Shown here: piece after piece, positions 17,917 to 28,422 of the stretch
Layout: the number at the start of each line of letters is the position of its first letter
Position numbering within the stretch: position 1 is the first letter of the stretch
From: Candidatus Lindowbacteria bacterium RIFCSPLOWO2_12_FULL_62_27
GTDB lineage: Bacteria > Lindowbacteria > 2-12-FULL-62-27
Direction: 5' to 3'
NCBI GenBank assembly: GCA_001784175.1
Contig: MFPR01000026.1
Location: 62,001 to 126,000, forward strand
DNA: 64,000 nucleotides
Made by a program: the position numbers and the translations under genes
Notes under the pieces: generated by a model
The model's input: the letters and a program-made list of their open reading frames with translations, nothing else
What the model was told of the DNA's origin: nothing
Databases searched by the model: none

Positions 17917-19466
17917 AGGTGGATGGCTGGGACGAACTGCAGAAGTTGGGATTAAGCTACGTGAAGACGAAAGACATCGTGGACAGCATCAAGGACACAA
18001 GCGCCCGGACGGCGAACGCGGTGGAAAACCAGGTGGTATCGGCGGACGCGAGTTTCAAATTCGGAGACGACGCCCAGGTAACGGCCGAGTGGGCCTACTC
18101 GAAAACCGACCCGAACACGCAGGCGAGTCTGGCGGATGTGATCCGCGGGACGGCGTACAAGTTGAACGGATCGTACCGCGCGAAGGCTCGGTTGGGGTTT
18201 GACGCGACGAGCATGACGTCGTCATTCGAGGAAGTCAACCCGGACTATCGGTCGACGAGCGGCGGCGGATCGCCGGACGGCCGGCGATTTACGCTGGGAT
18301 TAAACAGCGGGATGAAGATGATCGGGAACCTCCCGGACGTGACGATGTCCTACAGCGGCAACTCCAGCCGGAACAACCTGGAGAACCAGCTCGCGCGCCG
18401 CACGACGTCGACGGTGCACAACTTCAATTTCGGGGCAAAACCGTTTCAGAAAGCAAAAATGGCGGGCGATGAACTCTGGCAGAACGTCAGAAAAAACATG
18501 AACGTGACAACCGCGTTCGGGCAGAACATCACGAAGGCGAGCGACAACACGACCAAGAGCGCGATCAACAACCAGAACTATCAGCTCTCGACGTCGGCCG
18601 GGCGCCACACGTTCTCGACGTTCTACAAATACCAGATCACGCAGGAGAAGACGGCGGCGACGGGCGACCGGCGTAACGCGAGCAACGGGTTCACGTATGG
18701 CCTCAAAGAAATCGCGTGGAAGACGCCGATGTATCCGCAGAAGCCGTTCTCGACCGACCTCACGCTGAACGCGACCCGCACGCGCGACAAATCGATCGAC
18801 GTCGCGGGCCGGTCGCACCAGCGGCAGTACGGGGTGAGCACGCAGACGAAGGTGAACGAGACGGAGCGGCTGGACGTCGACTACAATCTGAACCTGACCG
18901 ACAACTACAACGTGAACAGCGACATCCGGACGATGAACTGGAAGTGCGCGTACGTCGTCCAGAAGTTCATCCAGGATGACGGAAACTTTACGCTGTCGTA
19001 CACGTCGAATAAGACTGAGGAAGAGGTAACGACGCAGAACTACCGCGAGGCGGTCTGGCGCGTCGACGCGGCCTTGAAGTGGGGTGGCCCGGCGCCGGAG
19101 GTTGTGGCGAAACGCGGCGAAGCGGAGTCGGCGGTGAAGGACATTCTGGCCGTTTACGCGGAAGAAGACATATTGAAATTCATGCAGCGCGTCAGCCCGA
19201 ACTTCAAAGGCGACCGCATCGCGTTCGAAAACAACGCGCGCGCGACGTTCGACCGCGTGGACGCGATCAAATACGAGGGCGTGTGGGCGTCGGCGTTTGT
19301 GCCGGACGACAACGTGATCGAGATCACCTTCCGATGGCAGCGCCGCTGGCGCGTGTACGCGACGGGTGCCGAGGAGACCGCCACCGGCATCGCGCTCTTC
19401 AGGCTCGAATAATCAGGCGATAAGTGGCTCATTCAGGAGATCCGCGAGACCAATCCGTTGTTTTAA
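17829..19466 (+). pseudogene. 5'-truncated, prematurely stopped paralog of the beta-barrel/NTF2 gene at 30956-33223
   Basis: Aligns with the paralog from LQFYFARP onward and lacks its N-terminal ~210 aa, including the signal peptide. An in-frame TAA at 19410-19412 replaces a Lys codon, and the frame then continues SGDKWLIQEIRETNPLF* (paralog: AGNQWLLQEIRETSPLF*). Confidence 0.8.
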
Positions 19467-19510
19467 TAAACCCCGGCTTGTTGGCCATTTATTGATCCTG
19501 CGAATTATAC

Positions 19511-19538
19511 TTGACATATTAAATATGCAGGGTAATAT
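19511..19538 (+). promoter_or_regulatory. Sigma70-type promoter (probably leaderless transcript)
   Basis: TTGACA(19511-19516)-N16-TAATAT(19533-19538). ATG at 19545, no SD. Confidence 0.55.
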
Positions 19539-19544
19539 TCCAAC

Positions 19545-20777
19545 ATGAGCCTCCTGAAGCGACGATGCCTGGCGGGAACCGTTGTCCGGGCGATGAAGAC
19601 GTTTCCGGCCGTGGTGGTCACCGGCCCGCGGCAGTCGGGGAAGACCACGCTCCTGAAAACGGGATTCGCCCGGACCCACGCCTATGTCTCCCTCGAAAAC
19701 CTCGATGTCCGGATGCGCGCCCGGGACGATCCCAACGGATTCCTCGACCAGTATCCGCCCCCAATCATCCTCGACGAAATCCAGTATGTCCCGGACATCC
19801 TGTCCTACATCAAGACCCGGATCGATGAAGACCGAAAGAGCGGACAGTGGCTTCTCACCGGATCGCAGAATTTCGCATTGATGCATGGTGTCAGCCAGTC
19901 TCTGGCCGGCCGCGCCGCCGTGCTGACTCTGATGCCATTGTCCCTGCCGGAGATGGCTGACCGCGCGGCCGCCGCGCTCGATCCTGCGGCATGGCTCAAA
20001 AAGCCGGCAGGCAACCTTCCGGCATCCCGCCCTCTCGCCGTGGAGACCGCCATTTTGCGCGGGATGTACCCGGAAATCGCTCTCAACAAAAAAGTTGACC
20101 GGCAACTCTGGTGCGCGTCGTACATCGCGACGTATCTCGAACGGGATGTCCGCAACCTGGCGGCGGTCGGCGATTTGAACCAATTCGAACGGTTCCTCCG
20201 GCTCAGCGCGACCCGGACGGGACAAATCCTGAACCTGTCGGACATGGCGCGCGATATCGGCGTCAGCGTCCCGACCGCCAAACGCTGGATTTCGATTCTG
20301 GAAGCGGGCCACCAAGTTTATCTTCTGTATCCCTTTTACAGGAACATCGGCAAACGGCTGATCAAGAGCCCAAAGCTCTATTTCACCGATACGGCCCTGG
20401 CCACCTATCTTCTCGGCATTCACGATCGCGAAACGCTTCTGAACAGCCCGAGTTTCGGCGCCCTCTTCGAAACGGCCGTCGTCACCGAATTTCTCAAGCG
20501 TTTCCTGAATTTCGGCCATATCCCGTCCCTGTTCTATCTTCGAACGCGCGATGGATTGGAGATCGATCTCGTGGTCGAGTCCGGCCAGAAATTGCATCTC
20601 TTTGAAATCAAAACATCCATGACCGTCACGGCTCACCATGTGCCTTCACTCATCAAAATGAGCCGGGATCGAAAAGCGCCGATCGCCTCGGCCGCGGTTA
20701 TTTCAAGAACCGCCGGTAATTTCCGCCTCACCGACCGAATTGCCGCCCTGAACTGGGCCGCCTCCCTGTCGCGCTGA
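19545..20777 (+). CDS. AAA_14 ATPase with a C-terminal DUF4143 (PD-(D/E)xK-like) domain
   Basis: Walker A GPRQSGKT, Walker B IILDEIQ, LTGSQ, SLAGR, KSPKLYFTDT and EIDLVV...LFEIK. Confidence 0.9.
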   Translation: MSLLKRRCLAGTVVRAMKTFPAVVVTGPRQSGKTTLLKTGFARTHAYVSLENLDVRMRARDDPNGFLDQYPPPIILDEIQYVPDILSYIKTRIDEDRKSGQWLLTGSQNFALMHGVSQSLAGRAAVLTLMPLSLPEMADRAAAALDPAAWLKKPAGNLPASRPLAVETAILRGMYPEIALNKKVDRQLWCASYIATYLERDVRNLAAVGDLNQFERFLRLSATRTGQILNLSDMARDIGVSVPTAKRWISILEAGHQVYLLYPFYRNIGKRLIKSPKLYFTDTALATYLLGIHDRETLLNSPSFGALFETAVVTEFLKRFLNFGHIPSLFYLRTRDGLEIDLVVESGQKLHLFEIKTSMTVTAHHVPSLIKMSRDRKAPIASAAVISRTAGNFRLTDRIAALNWAASLSR

Positions 20778-20815
20778 CCCGAGCTTTTCATTTCCGCGAT
20801 GAGAAGATTTCGTCC

Positions 20816-20844
20816 TTGACGCTTTCCCCTGCCTGATTTAGATT
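20816..20844 (+). promoter_or_regulatory. Putative sigma70-type promoter of the giant lectin-protein operon
   Basis: TTGACG(20816-20821)-N17-TAGATT(20839-20844). Confidence 0.45.
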
Positions 20845-20870
20845 CCCCCATGGTTGTCTGACCCCGGCGT

Positions 20871-23800
20871 ATGCCTCCCTCGGATGTGTTGCGGTCAATT
20901 CTTCTGCTTGACGAACGGACGGGTCTCATGGAAATGGACGGGGCAACGAACGGCGGCGGTTTACCAGCCGCCTCCGGGTTTCGAATATCCACACATCGCA
21001 CACGCTCTCTCCGTGCGCCCGTTTCCCTGTCTCTGATTTTTACGCTCGCTGTTGCCGCCGTGGCAATTGCCACGTGCCTGTTGCCTGTTGCCTCTCCATC
21101 CGCCCACGCCGCCAACATCTCCGACCGCCAACTCGTCACGCTCGATGACGGCGGCCGGGCCTATGTGTTCAAACTGACCGACTACGACCAGGCGCGCGAC
21201 GGGGATATTTTCGTCGTGATCACCAGCGCGGCCGGGCGCACGGTCTATCGGCCCGAACTTAATATTATAGAGGGAGCCCAGTGGCAGGGGTTCTGGGGCG
21301 TGCGGTTTGGCGCCGATGTGACGGCGGGGCAGATCGACGTCGTCGTGCTGAAAAATCCGCCGCCGCCCCCACCGCCGCCTGCGCCGGAGCCTCCACCTGC
21401 CGCGCCGCCCCCGCCCGCGCCCGAGCCGCCGCCCGCCGCGCCCCCGCAAAAAGGCCGGTGGACGCTCGTGGATCAGGATTTCAAATTGATCGCGATGAAA
21501 ATCGACGCCGATGGATCGCCATCGGACGGCTATGCTCTCTACGGGGATTTCAAGGTCATCCTGGTCGGAAAATTCTCGATGACGGGAAACTGGAATCAGT
21601 CGAATCCCGACGCCAAACTCGTCTTCACGCATCCCAACATCTACAAACCCTATATCGACCAGACGCTCGGCCAGGTCGTTCCGAAGGAATGGTTCCAGCT
21701 CAAGGACGTGATGAACGTGAAGATCGGTCTTCATCCGCAGTGGATCGAGAATCTCAAGAAGGGCCGAAGCGGCGATGCCGGGAGCACGGTGCAAGCCCTC
21801 GGTACGTCTGCCGCCCTGATCGCGACGGGCGGCGGGCTCGAGTTCCGGATATCCTTCCCGATGAAACTGAAGATCGATTTTACAAAGGACGCGTTCGACA
21901 TGATCGCGAACTTCAAACCGCTCGATCAGCAGGCGTCGCTCGAACTCGACGAAGGCCAGGTCTGGGACAAACCGTATGGCATCTTCCCCGTCCAGTTCGA
22001 CAAGCTCGAAGTCGGAACCGATCCGACCTTCACGTGCATCACGATCGTGGGCGAAGGCAATGCGGAATTCCTCGGCGACATGGATTTCGAGGTGGACATC
22101 GAGCTGGCGAAAGGCCAGAATCCAAAACTCAAAATCGACGCGCAGTCGCACGGCGACATCGTCGCGGCGGTGCTGGCGCGATACAAGGTGCCGGCATCGG
22201 TCAGCAAACTCGTCGGGGAGTGCCATCTCGATGAGTTCTCCGTCAACGCGAACGTGGATGATTTGATGCAGAGCGGCAAACTTCCGAGCGCCAAACTGAA
22301 AGTCCTCGTGAAGAACTGGACCGGCCCGTACCGGTTCGATATTAACGTTCCGGCGGTCAACTTCACCGAGCCGGGCCCCTTCATCGAGACCGTCGGCGGG
22401 GAGATCGTCAAGAACCTCTCGAGCGTGGTCGCGCAGATGGCCTCCAATGTCGGCAAGCTGGTCACAGAGGAACTCGCGAACGCCGTCAAGGATCCGATCG
22501 GGACCGTGACGAAGGCGGCGAACGCGGCGATCGACATCGCGAAGGACATCGGCAACGCCGCCGTGGAATTCTTCAAGGATCCGCTCGGCGGCATAAAGGA
22601 TCTGGCGACGGGCGCATTCAATACCGCCAAAGAGCTTGGCGCCACGCTGTACAACAAGGCGAAAGAAACCGTCACGGCGATCTTCACCGATCCGATCGGC
22701 ACCATCAAGAAGGCGGCCGAACAGGCCTTGAAGTTGGCCGAGTCCGCCTTGAACCTGGTCACGGGACTTTTCTCGGCCGTCGGCGAGTTCCTCGAGGACA
22801 TCGGCAAAACGGTTGCGGGATGGTTCGGAATCGACACCGGCCCCAGCCAGAAGGAAATCGAGGCGAGGGAGAAACTGGAGAAAGCCAAAGCCGAAAAGGC
22901 CGCGGCCGAGGCGGCGTTGGCGGAGGCGGAATTTTTGCAGAAAACCTGTGCCCCCGAATTGGAGCGTCGGACGACCGCGGAAGGTTTGGCCGGTTTAAAA
23001 TCGTGGATCCTCAACGAGGATTACACCTCCATCAAACAGGGCGGCGTCCGCGTCCCGCGTTCCAAAGTCACTATCGATTTCATCAAGAGGATCGACGACA
23101 AAATGAAGACGATCGCCTTCGATGAATATCGCAAATGCATCTGGGCCCCGCATCCGACGCTCGCCCCGGACGCCAAGGCCGGCGAGTATTATGAATATGG
23201 AGGGACAGTCGACGGGCTGAATCGCCTGAAAACCCTCGTCAACAATTCCGGCCTGCTCACAGGCGACGAGAAGACGACGCTGGCCAAAGAGATCGACGCG
23301 AAGATCAATGGCGCTCCGATGACCGCCGCCGACGCGATGGCGAAGATTCGGCGAAACCTTCCCGTGTACGGGGATGAGAACCTCAACGCGCTGAAAGATC
23401 ACCTGGACGGCAAGAAGGTCGCGCAGTCCCTGCTCTTCCCGAACATTTCCAATCTCTCAGCGGCCGACAAAACCGCGCTCAAGACCGAGATCGACGCCGC
23501 GATGGAGAGATTTTTGAAAGAATCGGGTGAGCGTATGTTCGCGGACATTGCGGCTGGCATCTCGAAAAATACGAACATGGAACAACTCAAATACATGCAG
23601 ACCATGATTGCGGACAAAACCCCCGGCAAGGCGTGGGGCGGCGGAAAATACCTGACCGACGACCATCTGACCCGGTTGAAGTCGATCATCGCCGACCGGC
23701 TCAAGGAACTGCGCACGATCGAAGCCGCGAAATTCATGGCGGATGCGAGAGGGTACATCCGTGCCGTGGTGAAGGAAGGCGTTGACAAGCCCAGGAGGGA

Positions 23801-26800
23801 TAAATTGATCGAAATGAAAAGAACCATCACGGACCCATCCAATGGCCATTTCAGAACGCACACCGAGCTTTACAGGGTTCCGGACGGTTTCCCCGCCGCC
23901 CAGATGACCACGCTGACGAACGAGATCGACGCGATGATCAGTGATATGGATGTGATCATCAAGATGGGAGGTCGAGACGGGGACGCGGACCGGGCCGCCG
24001 CCACCCTCGCATCGGGTGCTGAGCTTACGGCCGGTCAGTCGCGCGTCTCCGTGGACGGGCGGTTCAAGTTGATCTATCAGAGTGACGGGAATCTGGTGCT
24101 GTATCAAGGCGGGAGCGCGCTCTGGTCAAGTTCCACCGCCGGCCACCCGGGCGGGAAGACCATCATGCAGACCGACGGAAACCTCGTTGTCTACAACGCG
24201 AGCGGAGGGGCCGTATTTGCATCGGGCACACGCGGTAGTTACCTCATGGTGCAGAATGACGGCAACGCCGTGATCTTTGACGCCTCCGGATCGGCGCTCT
24301 GGTCAACCGGAACCGGCGGCCATCCGACCCCCCTCGAGGATGGCCTCCTCAAACGCGCCGATGCCGCGTATTCGGCGTCCGTGCTGGAGACCTATCGTTC
24401 CCGGTTCGAAAAATGCGAGGACAAAATCAGCATTGAAGAAGTAATCACAGCGGTTCATCGCGACGAGATTCTCTGCGATCGAACATATTCCTTGGATCCG
24501 CAGAATTCCAACCCCCGCACCGATGCGGTCAAGGATTTCCTCGCTGAAATGGACAAGATGAAGTGGAAGCCGGAGCAGTTGCCGGCGGCGATAACCAGAC
24601 GGGCGAAGGCGGAGGCGTTCGCGCTCGCGAAGTATCGTCCGTTTTTGGATCAAAGCGACACATTGAAGGATATTCAAAATCTGAAGGCGGTCGTGCTCGC
24701 GGATAAAGATATCACCGGCGGCATGACGGGCCCCGATGCCAAGCCTTCCGACACGGTCGCGGAATTCTTGGGCGAAATCAACAAGTTGATCGCATTCCCG
24801 GAGTTGATCCCGGCGGTGGCCAAAAAGGAGGCGGAGGTTCTCGCGAAGTATCGTCCCCTGTTGGATCAATACGACAAGCTGGAGGACGTCAAAAAAATGA
24901 GGGCGGACGTTCTGGCCGTCAACGACAACGCCGTCGGCATGACGGGCGGGATTGTCAGCCGGTCGAAAACGGTCAAGGATTTCCTCAAGCAGATCGACAA
25001 GCTGACGCCGGAAGTGCTTCGGGAGAGACGGCTGATCAAGAAACTCGCTGAGATCCGAGATATCTTCCCCCGTTCCGGCTATCAGCACTTGGAACAATTG
25101 AAAGACCACCTGGCCGGCAAGCCGGTCGGCGCGCAATGGCCAAATGTCGATGACCTTTACGAGGCCGACAAGAAAACGCTCATGAAGGAGATCGACCACT
25201 GGATTGTGAAATACAAGACGGAAGGGAGGAAGGCGCAATATGAGTTGATGAAGGGATTCCTTTCATCCAATGCGGTGTCCTTCAAGAAATTGGAGGACGT
25301 CATTGAAAATAGAACTTCTTCATTTGAAGGTCCGTATAAAAATGAGTTCGGCGAGGTGGTGAACGCGATGTTGTCTTTCGATCTTCTCACCGCCGAACAA
25401 AAAAACGAGTTGCGGTCGATGCTCAATACGAAAAAGAGTAAGAGTCAATATGAGAACATGAAGGTATTCCTTTCGTCCAATGAGCCCAACAGGAATACGC
25501 CGGCGGCCCTCAAAATCTTTCAGGACATTATCGAAAAAAGAGCCAATACATACGATGCGGCTTTATATCCGGGCGAGGAAAACATGATGTTATCCTTCGA
25601 TCTTCTCACCACCGAGCAAAGAAATGACCTGCGGCTGATGCTCGACAAGAAGTTGGAGAAACAGAGAGCGGAACAAACCACGGAGATTGACGATTGGCTC
25701 GGCTCTCTGGATGACCAGCAATTTGAAACCTTAAGGAACGCCGTCCTGAATGCGGGCGACGCCGCGACGATAAATCAAGTGAGCAAGCGATTGGGTAAGG
25801 CCGCGGGAGTGGAACTGCCCATGGATATACTGACCCCCAAGTATATAGAGGAATTGGGTCAGAAACTCAATAAAAAGTTGGAAATGTCGCCGAAGATGAA
25901 GGAGAAATTGGAGAAGATCGAATTGGAAAGATATGGTCAGATAGAAAAGGTAATCAACGACAACAGATGCGATCGGATGCACCTTCAGTACATCAAGCAT
26001 GCTCTCGATAATACAGCCTTCGACCATCACTTACAGTCAGTGTATGATCGATTGGGATTGGATTTGACCAACCTTACCCTCTCCTCCGATAAAAGAAATG
26101 CCCTGCGTCAGAAGATCGATGAGCGAATCGACAAGATGGATGCGCCCTTGGTGGAGAAGTATCGTCCCTTATTTGATCAGTGCGACAATTTGGAGCGCTT
26201 TGAGGAGCTGAAGTCGTTTCTGGAACGGGATCGCTATTTAAATGACTACGGCGTGTTTCCCGAGCCCGGCAACGCTCTACAGGCCTTCCTGAACGACGTG
26301 GATAAGCTGGGCGCCTCACCGGCAGTGCTGGAGGAGAGACGCCACACCAATACTCTTGCGGCGCTCCGAACGCTCATAGCCAGTTCGGACGAATCTACCC
26401 TTAAGGACTTGGCGGGTCACCTGGACGGCAAGAAGGTGGATTGGCCTGAGAGATTTCCGGACATCAAGATTATTTCCAAGTCGGAGATCGACGCGCTCAA
26501 GAAGGAGATCGAAGTAGCGATTCCGAAATATTTGAAGGACAAGGATAAGGAACAGTATGAAAAAATGAAGTGGTGGCTTGAGGTCAATAAGGATGCGACT
26601 GTGTATATGCTCAAAAATGTGAAGAGCAACATAGCGAATGGACTGGCGGTATTCGGCGGCCTCCCCACCGCTTACCTCACAGCCGAGCACAGAAAGGAAC
26701 TTATTCAGACGATCGATGAGTTGACATCTTGCCCACCGGCGGAATTTGAGGAATACCGCAAGTTCATTGCCGGTCTTTCGGAAAAGGCGGCAGGACAAGA

Positions 26801-27350
26801 GCGGGAAGCCGTTCGGATTGCCTTGTACGATTTAACACTGTCTGAACGCCAGATCAACACCGGCGGTACCGGCGATGGCCATAAACAACGCGTGCTTCCG
26901 GCGAATTTCAATCATGAAAAGCTCTCAGACGCCCAGAGAAAGACCTTGTTGACAGATGTTGAAAACTCTACCAAGAGCCTGAACAAACTTCTCGCAAAGA
27001 TGGAAGGGGCCCAGTTAACCTCCACCCTCGCATCGGGGGCGACGCTGACGCCCGGTCAATCGCGCGTCTCCGCGGACGGGCGGTTCAAGTTGATCTATCA
27101 GACGGACGGGAGTCTGGTGCTCTATCAAGGCGGAACCGCGCTGTGGTCAAAAGCCGTCGGAACCAAGCCGGGCAAGACCGTCATGCAGGGCGACGGAAAC
27201 CTCGTCGTCTACGACGCGGATGGAAAAGCGGTCTGGAACTCGGGCACGTCGGGCAGTGGCGCCTACCTCGTCCTGCAGAACGATGGGAACATGGTGATCT
27301 ACAGCTCCTCCAAAACGGCGCTCTGGTCGACCCAGACGGGCGGAAAATAA
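20871..27350 (+). CDS. Giant exported protein with two bulb-type (B) lectin domains and several families of helical repeats
   Basis: Signal-like LIFTLAVAAVAIATCLLPVASPSAHA. QxDxNxVxY lectin motifs at about 24003-24320 and 27024-27347. Repeated KYRP.[LF]DQ and HL[DA]GK.V units. Start codon uncertain. Confidence 0.8.
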   Translation: MPPSDVLRSILLLDERTGLMEMDGATNGGGLPAASGFRISTHRTRSLRAPVSLSLIFTLAVAAVAIATCLLPVASPSAHAANISDRQLVTLDDGGRAYVFKLTDYDQARDGDIFVVITSAAGRTVYRPELNIIEGAQWQGFWGVRFGADVTAGQIDVVVLKNPPPPPPPPAPEPPPAAPPPPAPEPPPAAPPQKGRWTLVDQDFKLIAMKIDADGSPSDGYALYGDFKVILVGKFSMTGNWNQSNPDAKLVFTHPNIYKPYIDQTLGQVVPKEWFQLKDVMNVKIGLHPQWIENLKKGRSGDAGSTVQALGTSAALIATGGGLEFRISFPMKLKIDFTKDAFDMIANFKPLDQQASLELDEGQVWDKPYGIFPVQFDKLEVGTDPTFTCITIVGEGNAEFLGDMDFEVDIELAKGQNPKLKIDAQSHGDIVAAVLARYKVPASVSKLVGECHLDEFSVNANVDDLMQSGKLPSAKLKVLVKNWTGPYRFDINVPAVNFTEPGPFIETVGGEIVKNLSSVVAQMASNVGKLVTEELANAVKDPIGTVTKAANAAIDIAKDIGNAAVEFFKDPLGGIKDLATGAFNTAKELGATLYNKAKETVTAIFTDPIGTIKKAAEQALKLAESALNLVTGLFSAVGEFLEDIGKTVAGWFGIDTGPSQKEIEAREKLEKAKAEKAAAEAALAEAEFLQKTCAPELERRTTAEGLAGLKSWILNEDYTSIKQGGVRVPRSKVTIDFIKRIDDKMKTIAFDEYRKCIWAPHPTLAPDAKAGEYYEYGGTVDGLNRLKTLVNNSGLLTGDEKTTLAKEIDAKINGAPMTAADAMAKIRRNLPVYGDENLNALKDHLDGKKVAQSLLFPNISNLSAADKTALKTEIDAAMERFLKESGERMFADIAAGISKNTNMEQLKYMQTMIADKTPGKAWGGGKYLTDDHLTRLKSIIADRLKELRTIEAAKFMADARGYIRAVVKEGVDKPRRDKLIEMKRTITDPSNGHFRTHTELYRVPDGFPAAQMTTLTNEIDAMISDMDVIIKMGGRDGDADRAAATLASGAELTAGQSRVSVDGRFKLIYQSDGNLVLYQGGSALWSSSTAGHPGGKTIMQTDGNLVVYNASGGAVFASGTRGSYLMVQNDGNAVIFDASGSALWSTGTGGHPTPLEDGLLKRADAAYSASVLETYRSRFEKCEDKISIEEVITAVHRDEILCDRTYSLDPQNSNPRTDAVKDFLAEMDKMKWKPEQLPAAITRRAKAEAFALAKYRPFLDQSDTLKDIQNLKAVVLADKDITGGMTGPDAKPSDTVAEFLGEINKLIAFPELIPAVAKKEAEVLAKYRPLLDQYDKLEDVKKMRADVLAVNDNAVGMTGGIVSRSKTVKDFLKQIDKLTPEVLRERRLIKKLAEIRDIFPRSGYQHLEQLKDHLAGKPVGAQWPNVDDLYEADKKTLMKEIDHWIVKYKTEGRKAQYELMKGFLSSNAVSFKKLEDVIENRTSSFEGPYKNEFGEVVNAMLSFDLLTAEQKNELRSMLNTKKSKSQYENMKVFLSSNEPNRNTPAALKIFQDIIEKRANTYDAALYPGEENMMLSFDLLTTEQRNDLRLMLDKKLEKQRAEQTTEIDDWLGSLDDQQFETLRNAVLNAGDAATINQVSKRLGKAAGVELPMDILTPKYIEELGQKLNKKLEMSPKMKEKLEKIELERYGQIEKVINDNRCDRMHLQYIKHALDNTAFDHHLQSVYDRLGLDLTNLTLSSDKRNALRQKIDERIDKMDAPLVEKYRPLFDQCDNLERFEELKSFLERDRYLNDYGVFPEPGNALQAFLNDVDKLGASPAVLEERRHTNTLAALRTLIASSDESTLKDLAGHLDGKKVDWPERFPDIKIISKSEIDALKKEIEVAIPKYLKDKDKEQYEKMKWWLEVNKDATVYMLKNVKSNIANGLAVFGGLPTAYLTAEHRKELIQTIDELTSCPPAEFEEYRKFIAGLSEKAAGQEREAVRIALYDLTLSERQINTGGTGDGHKQRVLPANFNHEKLSDAQRKTLLTDVENSTKSLNKLLAKMEGAQLTSTLASGATLTPGQSRVSADGRFKLIYQTDGSLVLYQGGTALWSKAVGTKPGKTVMQGDGNLVVYDADGKAVWNSGTSGSGAYLVLQNDGNMVIYSSSKTALWSTQTGGK

Positions 27351-27363
27351 TGAGGGGATTGAA

Positions 27364-28422
27364 ATGATTCAATACAGGAACAATATCACGTTCGGATGGC
27401 TGGCGGCTTGCGGTCTCTATTGTCTTTTTGTCCAACCCGCATGCGCAGCCGACAAAGCGGCCGGGCCGCCGAAGGAGACGATGGAGCAAGTCAAATCCTT
27501 GTCGGATCAGGTGCGGTCGTCCGTCTCGGGGTTCGTCGACGAACTCGCGCGCGGGTACATCGGCACGATCCTTCGCGCAGATCAGGAGCTGGACGCGCTC
27601 AATATCACCAAGCCGGACCACCGGTTCTATCTGCTCGAAAAACCCTCGTACGATTTCATCGACACGACATTGGCGCAGTACGACGCGTTCGCCGCCGAGA
27701 TGAAAAGAGACTGGTTGACCACGCCGCCGGCGTTCAGGGTCGCCATCCGCAAACTCCTTGAAAACGAACGCGCGCGGCTCGAAACATTCCTGCGCGCGGA
27801 TCCCGTGATCATCCGGAGCGTCATCAATCCCATGTACGCCGACGGCACGCTCGCGTTCATGTCGGCCGAAACCATCCTGCGGGATGTCCGGGAAGCCGGG
27901 GAAAAAGCCGACGCGGGACCCGGATTCACGAGCCGCCTCCGCCGCGCCGCGCGCGTCAGCGACGCGGAAGTCCGCCGCGTGGTGACGGAAAAGGCCCGCA
28001 AGACCGCGTCCGACCTCGCCGACACGATGGCCGACAATTACGTCAAGTTCCTCATCACGGCTAACAAGGTGCTCGACAAGCACAATGTCAAAGACACCGT
28101 CGCCCGCGCCTATTCCATGGCCGAACAAAACCACGTCATCATCACCGCATTTCTGGAGGAGTACGACCGATTCTCCAAAGCCATGACCGAATCCTTCAAG
28201 GGATCGGGCGCCGTCATCGAGAAAGCCGTCGCCGAAGCGGTTGCGGCCGAACGAACCCGCATCGATTCCTTCCTCAACACCGACCCGGTGGACCTGCGCA
28301 CGGCATACACCCTGCCGAAAGGAAAAACGCTCGGCGGCGCGGACCTGCGCCGGCAATTGGAACTGGCGAAGGAGATCGCGGCGGAGGAAAAGGCCGGGTT
28401 TAGAAGGTTTAAGAATAAATGA
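27364..28422 (+). CDS. Exported helical hypothetical protein with an internal duplication
   Basis: GAGGGG before the ATG and a signal peptide. The two halves share ...NERARLETFLRADPV and ...AERTRIDSFLNTDPV. Confidence 0.7.
   Translation: MIQYRNNITFGWLAACGLYCLFVQPACAADKAAGPPKETMEQVKSLSDQVRSSVSGFVDELARGYIGTILRADQELDALNITKPDHRFYLLEKPSYDFIDTTLAQYDAFAAEMKRDWLTTPPAFRVAIRKLLENERARLETFLRADPVIIRSVINPMYADGTLAFMSAETILRDVREAGEKADAGPGFTSRLRRAARVSDAEVRRVVTEKARKTASDLADTMADNYVKFLITANKVLDKHNVKDTVARAYSMAEQNHVIITAFLEEYDRFSKAMTESFKGSGAVIEKAVAEAVAAERTRIDSFLNTDPVDLRTAYTLPKGKTLGGADLRRQLELAKEIAAEEKAGFRRFKNK

Noticed and set aside
22450-22830. Phage tape-measure protein or prophage
   Set aside because: The amphipathic repeat is a short part of a signal-peptide-bearing lectin protein, and no phage structural, terminase or integrase genes are present.
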